A stretch of DNA of 63,722 nt, the filler included. It is 23 parts of 23 records of this genome, joined end to end, with 100 filler letters (N's around TTAATTAATTAA, not from the genome) between each part and the next. Parts side by side here need not be neighbours in the genome. Positions count along the whole stretch, not along the records: positions 47,519 to 49,536 come from SRR36015645_61853; positions 49,637 to 51,813 come from SRR36015645_63262; positions 51,914 to 55,128 come from SRR36015645_63329; positions 55,229 to 57,482 come from SRR36015645_64809; positions 57,583 to 61,094 come from SRR36015645_65040; 18 more parts are not named here. One strand, given 5' to 3'. The notes below the pieces were generated by a model. The model saw only the letters and a list, made by a program, of their open reading frames with translations. It ran no database searches and was not told the origin of the DNA. Below, one piece after another: positions 47,617-57,694 of the stretch. A program made the position numbers and the translations under genes. How positions within the stretch are numbered: the stretch's first letter is position 1; each line of letters opens with the position of its first letter.

Positions 47617-48999
47617 ATGCATCCTGACCAGTATTCGAAAATCTGGTACGCGTTGTTACTTTTGTTATATGCTACTTGTACATCACACTGTAAACGGGCA
47701 AGTTCTTTCGACGGTAAACACTTGATTATACTGGCAGATCTAACTGTCGATAATTTGAACACATTTAAGAAAGCTGATACACTACAAGGAGTTTACATAG
47801 ACTTATTGCACATTATACAGGATGAGTTAAATTTTACATACGAAATTCATCCGTCGCCAGATGGTCAATACGGAACTAAAAACGACAACGGATCATGGTC
47901 TGGATTCGTTGGAGCGATCAATAGACGGCAAGCGGACCTAGTCATTGCTCCAATGTCGTTTTCTGTCGAGCGACTGGCAGTTGTTGACTATTTGGTATCT
48001 TTCGATAAAGACATCCGAATGTTCGTGATGAGCGCAAAAGATCTGGATCATCAGTCGGACTTGTACGCAATTTTCCACCCGTTTCCGTCGCAGATTTGGG
48101 CGTTTATTTGTGGAGCTGCCATCGTTATTGCTATCACACTACTATTTGTGAGCTACGGATCATTAAGGGCACATTCTCGTACAAACCTTTATCTGAAACA
48201 ACTGGCCGAATTATACAGCCCGACACGTTGTTTTTGGTATATTTTTGGCTCACTTCTAAACCAAGGTGGCACGGGCTTTCCTCACGAGGCCACCTCCTAC
48301 ATACTGTTAAGTGCTTGGTGGCTCTTTCAGATTGTTATTGTCAACTTGTATTTGGGGAAGCTCGTGTCTTCGCTTGCCGTCAACACTGCTCGTTTCCCGG
48401 TTGAAAACTGGAAACAGTTAGCAAACTCTGAATTGCCTCCATGTGTTGGTACTGGAACCATCTACTTCGATTTACTAAAGCAAGGTACTCCAGCAGAAAG
48501 ACAAATTTATCATAGAATTTCATTGGATAAATCACATTTGTCTTATGAAGGAATAACCGATATGTACAGCAAAGTTTCGGATGGTTGTATCGCAGTAACT
48601 GCTGGGTACTTTTTACGCTCGTTGAATAAGGTGGATTACCCGGATGGGAAAAACTTTAAGACATGTAGCTTCATTGGCTATCCGACATTTGTTGAGGATA
48701 TAGCCTGGATCGTACAGAAGGAATCTCCCTACAAGGAAGCCTTGAACAGTGCAATTTTGCAGCTAATAGAAATGGGAGCTTTTAAAAAGACTAAATTCAA
48801 GTATTTTGGACCGGAGAGATGTATTTTTAAAGCGAAAGATCGCGTGGCCATTCCCAAAGTTACGATCGCCAACACGGGAGGCATTTTTGTAATATGGTTG
48901 TATGGAATTGGCATCGGCATATTTTTATTCTGCACAATGATCATAGTGCATAAGTGTTGTAAGAGAAAGATACATGCAAGCAATGAAGCTTGGACATGA
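47617..48999 (+). CDS. Divergent ionotropic glutamate receptor-like / IR-type receptor, intronless, no amino-terminal domain
   Basis: Signal peptide. S1 region (GVYIDLL..LNFTYE..DGQYG..GSWSGFVG..ADL..ER..VDY), PF..W M1, pore FWYIFGSLLNQG, M2 WWLF..NLYLGKLVSSL, S2, then G.F M3. Confidence 0.88.
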   Translation: MHPDQYSKIWYALLLLLYATCTSHCKRASSFDGKHLIILADLTVDNLNTFKKADTLQGVYIDLLHIIQDELNFTYEIHPSPDGQYGTKNDNGSWSGFVGAINRRQADLVIAPMSFSVERLAVVDYLVSFDKDIRMFVMSAKDLDHQSDLYAIFHPFPSQIWAFICGAAIVIAITLLFVSYGSLRAHSRTNLYLKQLAELYSPTRCFWYIFGSLLNQGGTGFPHEATSYILLSAWWLFQIVIVNLYLGKLVSSLAVNTARFPVENWKQLANSELPPCVGTGTIYFDLLKQGTPAERQIYHRISLDKSHLSYEGITDMYSKVSDGCIAVTAGYFLRSLNKVDYPDGKNFKTCSFIGYPTFVEDIAWIVQKESPYKEALNSAILQLIEMGAFKKTKFKYFGPERCIFKAKDRVAIPKVTIANTGGIFVIWLYGIGIGIFLFCTMIIVHKCCKRKIHASNEAWT

Positions 49000-49636
49000 C
49001 AAACATTGTGTAAAAGTTTCATTTTTATTTCTGGTGATAAGTTTTCTTCCTAACAAAGCAATATGGTTGCAGTAAAAATGAACTGCTATTTGCTATATCT
49101 CTCCAGCAGTCTTGAAAACAGGCCCCTTATTAAGGGTTGGTTCAAGCTTTTAAAAGTATTTGCAGCACTCTCTGAATAAGCCTGCATTTAAATAAGCCAA
49201 CTCGTTAATTATTTTTTAGCAGTTATGCAAACGGAGCAGAAAACATATCAAATTGGTTCAAAGGAAACCTTCATATCAATTTTTGTTATGACGTTTACAG
49301 TATGTCATAGGATTTTTTGCTGTAATAAATAGCATTTTTTCCAAGATGGTTTTGTATATTATTAAATGTTTGTGTGATTTCTTGTAGGTATTGTTGCTGG
49401 CCAAATTTGCATACCGGAATTTCTAAGAGCTGTACAAAATAAGAGCATCGAAATATTGTAATATCCATTTAGACATTGTAAGCAAAAACCTATCGGTAAG
49501 CATATGGGCCTAAGTGGCAAAGTTACGGTAGGGACANNNNNNNNNNNNNNNNNNNNNNNNNNNNNNNNNNNNNNNNNNNNTTAATTAATTAANNNNNNNN
49601 NNNNNNNNNNNNNNNNNNNNNNNNNNNNNNNNNNNN

Positions 49637-51532
49637 AGCTGTGTGGCTGCCAAAATGTCTCTTTGTAGTTTTTGGGACATCGCTACGGTGTTTTTCGCCA
49701 TTACCATCTTTAATATTATCAAGCGCGTTCGCATTTTCAAATTTTTTCTTTGCCACGTTCACGAAGTTACTTTGCATGCAAAACTCATTATCGTCGTTGT
49801 CGTCCATACTGTCTGGCATCAAGCTGAACCCATTCTTGTATATGTTGCCATCGCTTTTGGATCTCGAGAAGTTCGCTTTCTTGGCTGAACGTTTTGCATG
49901 TCTGCCGTCGAAAAACATCACCTTGCTACTGTTATCATTATCCATGGTTGGTGAAAGATCGATCCTACAAACATTCTGACAATCTACATTCTTAACATTG
50001 TTGCGATCGTGATAAGGTGAGGATGATACTGAATACTTCTCCGGTCTTTGCATCATGGTATCGTTGCTGGCGTAAATCTCTTCTTGAATGCGATTCTTTT
50101 CGCCGCTATATATTTCGGCATCATCATATGCCAGATCTGCCGCGGACTTCGACCTTGCAACTGGGTAGTGGGACAGCACAATTTTCGCCTTTGACGATTT
50201 GTTCGCAATCATCGGCCCTTGTGCATGTTTCACGCCATCACTGCTAGTTTTTCCGATTGGTGAACGTTTTACAATGCCCAGTTGTGCACTAATTTCTGCA
50301 CCATTTGAAAAACCAGGAGAAACGGGCTGTACGCTTGAAAAATCACCCCCATGTTGGATCGAATGATTCTGCATCATGTCTCTCCTTCGAGGTGGCGGAG
50401 TTGGCCTTTCGTTAAACACACCTGTAAATTGCCCCGCGTTAGAACCTTCTGGACTATTTCCACCAGTAAGTTCAGTATCACTTTGGTTGTGATCGGCTCT
50501 AGCGCTAATGGACTTACGGTCTGTGGAAGAGTCGCCAAGAATGGGAAATGGCTTCACATGCACACTGACAGGGCCATAGGATGTGATCTGCTTGTCACCT
50601 TCCGTCATATTAAGAACGGCTGCTTCATCTCTATCAAGATAAGCTTTTTGAACAGGAAGCCTTTTGTTAAACGATGTTTCCGCTAAGGAAACAAACTTCT
50701 GTGCCGGACTTGGATCTCGACGTTCACTGTAAAGGGATTTCGGCTCGTCGACGTACTGTACGAAACTTGAATTCTTCCGGCCAGATGGTATTTGCTCCTG
50801 AAAGCGATCATTAGCTTGCTGATTCGCTGTTCTATTCAGCGGTGCTTCAAGTGGGCTGTGTCTTCGTTTGGCACCAATTAGAAAATCTGGACTCTGACAA
50901 CCAGGTGATTTCTGCTCCTGACTGCCATCACTACTTTGATTATTTATCAGTTTATTGATTGATGCTCCAAGCGGACTGAAGTTCGGTTTTGTTTCATTTG
51001 GCGAATATTTTATCTCATTGGGTTGGTGGTGGACTGTTTTGCGATTCGCTGAAGCAAGTTGAAGCAGCCCATTTTCTCTGCCTATGGACTGCGGGCGTCG
51101 TTGGCTATAGTCGGGCCTTCCAGTTTCTACAAACATGGTTCGATCGGTTCCGTTCTCTACGTTCCGTCCGAAATTCGATCCTCGGTTCCTGATCGGGTAT
51201 TCTACATACTTAACATTGGCATTACCTTGGTCAATGTGCATTCCGTAATTGTCCATCGAGCCAATAGATGGCGGAGAGTGTTCAACAAACGAACCGCTGT
51301 CGACAATGTTACCGTTTAACACCTCAGTGCGTTGCATCTTTCCGTTGCTGATGGGTAATGGATATTGCAAATATTTCACGTTTGAGTTGATTTGATCGAA
51401 GCATCCTTTCGTTTTGTCGAGTATCTCGCGATTGTCGTTCTGCTCACCAGGTGGCGTCAAGCGCACTTGGCCCAAGATGGCAGGCTTGTTCAGATCCTTG
51501 ACACGATCGCCTGCTGGCACAAACTGATACAT
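49637..51532 (-). CDS. Uncharacterised, largely disordered Ser/Pro/Asn-rich protein, 3' truncated
   Basis: More than 630 open codons from an AAACATG start. Short linear motifs RPTPPPRRR, RSKSAAD and RSKSDGN. No recognisable domain. Confidence 0.6.
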
Positions 51533-52033
51533 GTTTGAGTCGACTGTGACGACAACTCAGATACTTCAAAACGGTAAGTTCTTTTCTAGCATTGAGCTTG
51601 AAAGTCCAAGTTTAGTGTCAACTGATAATATTCACTGTATTTATTTTCACAGGCAATCGTCCGACTCACTGCATTCAATATTCGCGTCCAAAATAGTTTC
51701 TTCTTGAAAATGTATAGCAACGGTTAATATATAAATCAATGTAGGAAATGCTTCCTTCCAAAATAGACTAAGTGCACTTGAAGCAAGTGTTGCGATAATG
51801 AATCAACCTAAAGNNNNNNNNNNNNNNNNNNNNNNNNNNNNNNNNNNNNNNNNNNNNTTAATTAATTAANNNNNNNNNNNNNNNNNNNNNNNNNNNNNNN
51901 NNNNNNNNNNNNNCTAAACGCAAAAAATACCATACGCTTGGCCTTCATAAATATTTATTAACACGTTACCGAACCTTTAGACATTGTAAGGCAATATATT
52001 ATACTCTTCAGAATTTAATTATCACATACATTA

Positions 52034-52112
52034 TTAACCCTTTCAGCGCTAAGTACGAGTATAGTCGTTCGTGTGTTACTTCCTCTGTGGGCTGAGTACG
52101 AGTATAGTCGTT
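52034..52112 (+). mobile_element. piggyBac left terminus: TTAA target, CCCT terminus and subterminal direct repeats
   Basis: TTAA|CCCTTTCAGCGCT..., with GCTRAGTACGAGTATAGTCGTT at 52048 and 52091. Confidence 0.85.
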
Positions 52113-52284
52113 TTCACTTTAACCAATGATATTGCGCGTTACAAAGCCAAATGGCATTCCGTAATACTAAAAACCGAAGCTATTATATGTTCTACAATGT
52201 TATTGGCTAAATTTTTACCATTGATACCATTAGTAGGAAGGCTTTTATGTTTTTAGCGCGACTCCCATTGTCCTAACTTTCAAA

Positions 52285-54663
52285 ATGGCTTCGGGACCAA
52301 GCAAAGTTGCCAAAAAGCGTCGTTTAGACACGGAAAAAGATGTTTTTGCGGCTATAGAGAATATTGGTGATGAAGGAGACAATATTTACGAAAACAGTGA
52401 TAGTGATTGGAGTATGAGTGAGTCAGAAGAACAGAGCGAGAGCTCCGATGATGATGGAAATGGCGATGAAAGTGGTAGGCCTAGCCGGCCCGGGCCAGCA
52501 GGTGATCATGATGATCATGCATTGCATGGTGAAATTCAAGGTACCGGTAATGCGACTCCTGATAAGGATAGGCCTTCTATAAGGGTTTCCCTAGATCTGA
52601 CTGGCATTGTTTTGCATGGTCATGATAATGATGATCAGACTCGTCAACATGATGATGGGCAGCCAGAGCAGGCGGATGGTGTCGGTCAGCCTAGCCCTAG
52701 GCCTAGTTCGGTTTTGGTAGCACCTGTTCCTGTACTGAGTGATACAGTGGTAGAGCCACCTCAGCCTGTACAGTTTTACGGCGTGCATCCGCAGGCTGCC
52801 GCGCGGGCAGTTCGGGTCCGGGCCGTCCGTGAACGGCATCAACAAGCGGCCGTAGACATGGTAGAGGAGCAGGAAGTCGGTTTGGGAGAAGCGGCACAAG
52901 ATCCGGAGCCGGTCGGTGGTTTGGAAGAACAGGAACATGGTCAGGGGGATGGTCAAGGTAATGTAGGGGATGTACATGATGAATTGGCACAAGAAGATGA
53001 TTTTGGTTGGTCCAATGAAGATGCTGAGCAAGTGCTGCATGATTTTACGGGAACTCCCGGAGTCTCTGAAGATGTACGGATTCAGTTAGGCGATCCGGAT
53101 CAGATAAAAGAACTGAATGTGTACAAATTATTTGTACAAGATGAGTTGTTTGAGCACATTAGTTCAGAGACAAACAGGTTTGCGGCAACAAACATGGGAC
53201 CTCTCCAGCGGCATTCGCGTGCCCAGAAATGGACGGAAACAAGCGCAGGTGAAATCAAGATTTTATGGGCCTTGTTTATACTCATGGGTATTGTGTATAA
53301 GCCAATGATCAGGATGTATTGGACCACACGGCGCATGTTCTCAACACCAATCTTTTCGGAACTTATGACGCGCGACAGAGCTGAATTGCTCATGAAATTT
53401 CTGCATTACGATAACAACGAAACTGCCAAAAAAGGTGACAGGTTTTCTAAAATCCGGACTTATTTCGATTCCATTAGTAGCAGATTTCCAAAGGTTTTTA
53501 CGCCAACCCGATGCGTGTCGATAGATGAGGCTTTGTGGAGGTTTTTTGGACGCTTATTTTTCAAAACCTACAACCCGATGAAACCCGCCAAGTATGGTGT
53601 GAAAGCGTACAAAGTGTGTGACATAAGTGGATATACTTGGAAAATGGAGGTATACACTGGTAAAGGAGACAAAGAAGGGGACAAAAAAGAAAAATCCTCT
53701 ATAATCAAGTTGGTTCTGCGCATGGTAAAGGACATTCTTGGGAAATGGTACATGCTATTTATGGATAATTGGTACAGCAGCCCGCAACTATACCACAAAC
53801 TATACCAACTGGGCACATATGCATGTGGTACAGCGAGATGGAACCGAAAGTTCATGCCAAAAGAAATCAAACCCGTGAAAACAGGCGTAAACAAGATGAA
53901 GCGCGGTCAGACAAAAATGAAGCGGTCCGGCGAACTCCTATGTCATGTGTGGCAGGACAAAAAACCTGTTACAATGTTATCGACAATACACCAAGCGAGA
54001 TTGGCAAATTCGGGAAAAGTGGACATAGTTACTGGTGAACCAAAAATGAAGCCGGTGAGTGTCCTGGACTATAACAAGAAAATGGGATCAGTAGACACAA
54101 GCGACATGATGTCAGGGGCCTATAGTGGTGCGCGTAAGTCGATGAAATGGTACAAGAAGATTGCTCTGTTTATAAATGATGTCGCAATCACAAATGCATA
54201 CATCATTTTCAGAATGCTTACTGGATCGACTCTAACACACATCCAATTTCGACAGAACCTCATTGAGCAGTTGGTAGCGGAAGGAATACGTGACGCGCCA
54301 AATCGACCGTTGCCAAAAAAACAAGGGAGAAGGTCAACCACACATGTAGTGAGCCGCTTAGTTTATCAGCATTCCAATCATTGGCCGACAAAAATTGTAC
54401 CTAAAGCAAATGCAAAGAAACAGAATCCGACACGCGTGTGTGAAGTGTGCAAACCGGAACCCAAACCCAAAGTTGCGGGTGAAAGTGTCCCCAGGCCTGA
54501 ATCCCGCTACATGTGCAAAGCATGTGATGTTGGACTACACCCCGAGTGTTTCGAAACCTACCATTGCAATCTAATGTTCCGTCGAAAACGCACCGCAGCG
54601 GAACCTGAAAGCGACTCTGGCAGCAGCTCACCAGCAAATATGAGCATGTCAGACACAGAATAG
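52285..54663 (+). CDS. piggyBac transposase (PGBD4-like), complete 792-aa ORF
   Basis: Acidic N-terminus. DDD triad in SIDEAL, MDNWYSS and GSVDTSD. KPAKYGVK, RKSMKWYKK and a C-terminal Cys-rich domain CEVC..CKAC..H..C..H. Confidence 0.95.
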   Translation: MASGPSKVAKKRRLDTEKDVFAAIENIGDEGDNIYENSDSDWSMSESEEQSESSDDDGNGDESGRPSRPGPAGDHDDHALHGEIQGTGNATPDKDRPSIRVSLDLTGIVLHGHDNDDQTRQHDDGQPEQADGVGQPSPRPSSVLVAPVPVLSDTVVEPPQPVQFYGVHPQAAARAVRVRAVRERHQQAAVDMVEEQEVGLGEAAQDPEPVGGLEEQEHGQGDGQGNVGDVHDELAQEDDFGWSNEDAEQVLHDFTGTPGVSEDVRIQLGDPDQIKELNVYKLFVQDELFEHISSETNRFAATNMGPLQRHSRAQKWTETSAGEIKILWALFILMGIVYKPMIRMYWTTRRMFSTPIFSELMTRDRAELLMKFLHYDNNETAKKGDRFSKIRTYFDSISSRFPKVFTPTRCVSIDEALWRFFGRLFFKTYNPMKPAKYGVKAYKVCDISGYTWKMEVYTGKGDKEGDKKEKSSIIKLVLRMVKDILGKWYMLFMDNWYSSPQLYHKLYQLGTYACGTARWNRKFMPKEIKPVKTGVNKMKRGQTKMKRSGELLCHVWQDKKPVTMLSTIHQARLANSGKVDIVTGEPKMKPVSVLDYNKKMGSVDTSDMMSGAYSGARKSMKWYKKIALFINDVAITNAYIIFRMLTGSTLTHIQFRQNLIEQLVAEGIRDAPNRPLPKKQGRRSTTHVVSRLVYQHSNHWPTKIVPKANAKKQNPTRVCEVCKPEPKPKVAGESVPRPESRYMCKACDVGLHPECFETYHCNLMFRRKRTAAEPESDSGSSSPANMSMSDTE

Positions 54664-54696
54664 GTCCATGGTAGTTTGTAAATAAGCTGTACATAT

Positions 54697-54812
54697 ATAT
54701 ACTGTTTGTTCGCATTACGACTGTTTACTACTTATGTGCATTATACTGGATTATATACAGTTTGTTCGCATTTCGACGGTTTACTGCTTATGTGCATGAT
54801 ATGGATATACTG
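54697..54812. repeat. ~56-bp tandem duplication downstream of the piggyBac ORF
   Basis: GTTTGTTCGCATT.CGAC.GTTTACT.CTTATGTGCAT.ATA occurs twice. Confidence 0.75.
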
Positions 54813-54961
54813 TTGTACATACTAACTAATACATACTTACGTTTACCGGATATGGATTTTAAATGGATTACAAAAGAAGCGCCTGGAAATTTCGCAACCG
54901 TAACCATGCAGCAGGACTAGCCTATTGGTAAGTATATATATACATATTTTCTAACTTCAAG

Positions 54962-55065
54962 CAGGGGTGCGCAAAGTCACTTGCCCACATGCCCACAGCG
55001 CCTAACTTTTTCTGTGGGCGTGTAAAATTCCTGCCGGTTAAAATTTTGGACTTTGCTCACCCCTG
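54962..55065. mobile_element. 104-bp hAT-type MITE with 17-bp TIRs and a perfect 8-bp TSD
   Basis: ACTTCAAG|CAGGGGTGCGCAAAGTC...GACTTTGCTCACCCCTG|ACTTCAAG. TIRs match at 16/17 positions. Confidence 0.93.
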
Positions 55066-55228
55066 ACTTCAAGCTAGGATAACTTTTATATATTTATTAT
55101 ATTTTAGGAACATAACATGGGGCTGAGGNNNNNNNNNNNNNNNNNNNNNNNNNNNNNNNNNNNNNNNNNNNNTTAATTAATTAANNNNNNNNNNNNNNNN
55201 NNNNNNNNNNNNNNNNNNNNNNNNNNNN

Positions 55229-57482
55229 GATATCCTCGGCCAAGCATCAATTCCTCATTACGTTAAGGAGTTTTTCGGTGACACAGCCGAATTCTTGAAC
55301 ATGTTTATCGCTAGACACATCAGTGAGTTCCGTGTTGTTGACGGAGTCGCTTTCTTACACATGCCGTGTGACATTACCAAGCTTGATGAAAGCGACGTTC
55401 AGTCGGAAATCGAGCAGTGGGTTCCGACGGAGAAAAATGCCGAGCGCGACGCACTTGCATTGGAAAAAATACGAAGCACTCTCTTGAAGGATGTGAAACT
55501 GGCGCTAGGAGGTCTACAGATCGGTGACTTGATCTGCGCATGTGGCTTTGATTTGGATGCTGAAGTGTTTTCCGTCCCAGTGAAAGAGTTTTTGTCGCAG
55601 CAGCGCAACATCAGCATCGTTGACGACACGGTTTTTATCCCCGGTCAGTTTTTTCGCCAAAACGTGCACCGCAACCGAATTGAAAGCGAGACCTCTCTGG
55701 TCGAGTTGGCCGACATCGATTATCGCGCACTCATCTTCTACAAGAATCTCTTTCTAACACTGAGCAAACAGAAGCTGAGCGTGAACTGCTTGCTCAAGTA
55801 CAAAAGCCAGTGTCCTCCGGAAGTGAGAAATTTCGCCGGAAACACGAAGGAAGAGCTAAAAACATTCCTGCTGTGGCATCCCGAAGCCTTCTGGGTAGAT
55901 GGAGACATGGTAACAATGATCGGAAGTAATGGTTTGGTGCCAAGAGCAGAAAATAACACCATGGATGATGTGCCGCCATTCATTCCTGATGCAAAGAACC
56001 TTTTGTATCTTAGCAAAGATGTGTCCAATATCATGATTGCGTTTCTAAAGCGCTATCCACATTTGTTTGGTGTTGCCAACGGTGTGGCTAGCCTGCGAGT
56101 GCAGTCGCTGAACGCAATTCTCGAAGAGAGGAATCACAAGGAGGGCGAGGTGACACGGGCAGCCGGCGACTCGGGAGACATGCCAGACACTGCCAACGAT
56201 CAGCAGGAGCTGGACAACTTGGAATGGCAGACGCTCAAAGGAATTTATAACATTCTGCGTATCGAGGGACCAACAGAAAGCACGTCACTGTTCGAAAAAC
56301 TCTCCACCTACCTCTCATATTATCTTCAGAGTGCCAAAGCCGATTCAGCCGACAATCCGGAAAATGCTGATGTGGCTGCCTTGAAAAATGTCCGAGGAGA
56401 GATCAAGTCGATTTCTCAGTCTTACGGACATATCAGGTTGATCAGTAGCGACTGCTTCTTTCACCGCAATGCCGTGTGTAACATTGACTTAGAGCTGTTC
56501 AGCTACGATCTTCGCAAGGTGTTCAACATTGGCGAGGCTGTTTACTGCGATGCCGATCTTGCACCTGAAGATGCGACAGCCAAATGGAAGGCAATACGCG
56601 TTGCACGCATCCCTTTGACGAAAGATGCAAACATCTTTGTTGTAAATAACGCTCCAGCAAAACAGACCACAAACTCTGAGAAATACCAACTATTGTTATC
56701 GTCAATACGGAAGATGTGCGGGCTGCCAGAAAACACAAAGGCCGACAGTGAAAAAAGCGATTCGATGATGCAGATAAGCTCGGACATCAATCGATGCATT
56801 GAACATGCCAGCAAAAACTGCTCCCGGGTTTCTAACAGCTTGGGTTGGTTGAAGAAAATGGGCCCGAATTATGGGATTGTTGAGTTTTATAACAAGACAG
56901 ACGAATCGTTTAACAGCGAGTGTTACTTTACTGTCGATAGTCTGGCTGGAGGGAGCGAGACCAAGCAGGCGCAGTTTGCTAATCTAAAGCCACAGCAGCT
57001 GCTTTATTGCGATGCTGTTGCTATGGACCATGATTCTGGCATGAGAGCAGGCTGGTTGGCACAGCACGTGTCTTCGCGCCCGCTACCATCCAAAAGCATG
57101 GCACCCATTTCCCCCGACACGGGCGTGATTTCAAACGACACCGACCCAATCACGCTTAGTATTCGCCAGGATTGCATACTGAATCACATTCAGAGCAAAC
57201 TGCTAGTGGACCACACTGCCACCATTACGGAGCTCATCGAACATGTTGGTCAACTCCCGCTACATCTACAGCAATTGGCAGGATTGGACAAACAGTCATT
57301 TAAATCGTTTCTACTCCAGTTCATCGGTAAGGTAAAAGTCAGCTGCAACGACATTGTGTCATGGATCGGAAGCAAGGAAACTACCAACAACATGGGTGGT
57401 GATCGACTTGGAAGACCTTACGGATCCGGAGGTTTAGCGTCACGCTCGCTGCAGCCATTTGGTAAAAAGGATAAAGATGGTT
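55229..57482 (+). CDS. Egalitarian/LIN-66-like protein with winged-helix repeats and cold-shock (OB)-like domains, truncated at both ends
   Basis: Repeated L..FL..(H/Y)P..F.V...V.L motifs (FLNMFIARHISEFRVVDGV, LKTFLLWHPEAFWVDGDMV, AFLKRYPHLFGVANGV, FKSFLLQF). Two CSD-like units (GEIKSISQSYGHI..CFFH..VYCDA..WKAIRV and GWLKKMGPNYGIV..CYF..LYCDA..WLAQHV). Confidence 0.65.
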
Positions 57483-57582
57483 NNNNNNNNNNNNNNNNNN
57501 NNNNNNNNNNNNNNNNNNNNNNNNNNTTAATTAATTAANNNNNNNNNNNNNNNNNNNNNNNNNNNNNNNNNNNNNNNNNNNN

Positions 57583-57608
57583 CCCCCCCCCGGGCGGAAT
57601 AGGGTTAA
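57583..57608. mobile_element. Terminus of a piggyBac-like element (...GGAATAGGG|TTAA)
   Basis: Reverse complement reads TTAA|CCCTATTCCGCCCGGGGGGGGG at the contig edge. Confidence 0.55.
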
Positions 57609-57694
57609 ATGCATGTAACTGGACCTATTAAACTTAGTGAAGCATTTTCAAGTACAGTTTATTATTAAAGTACGGAATTACGCTTTCATTCCAG

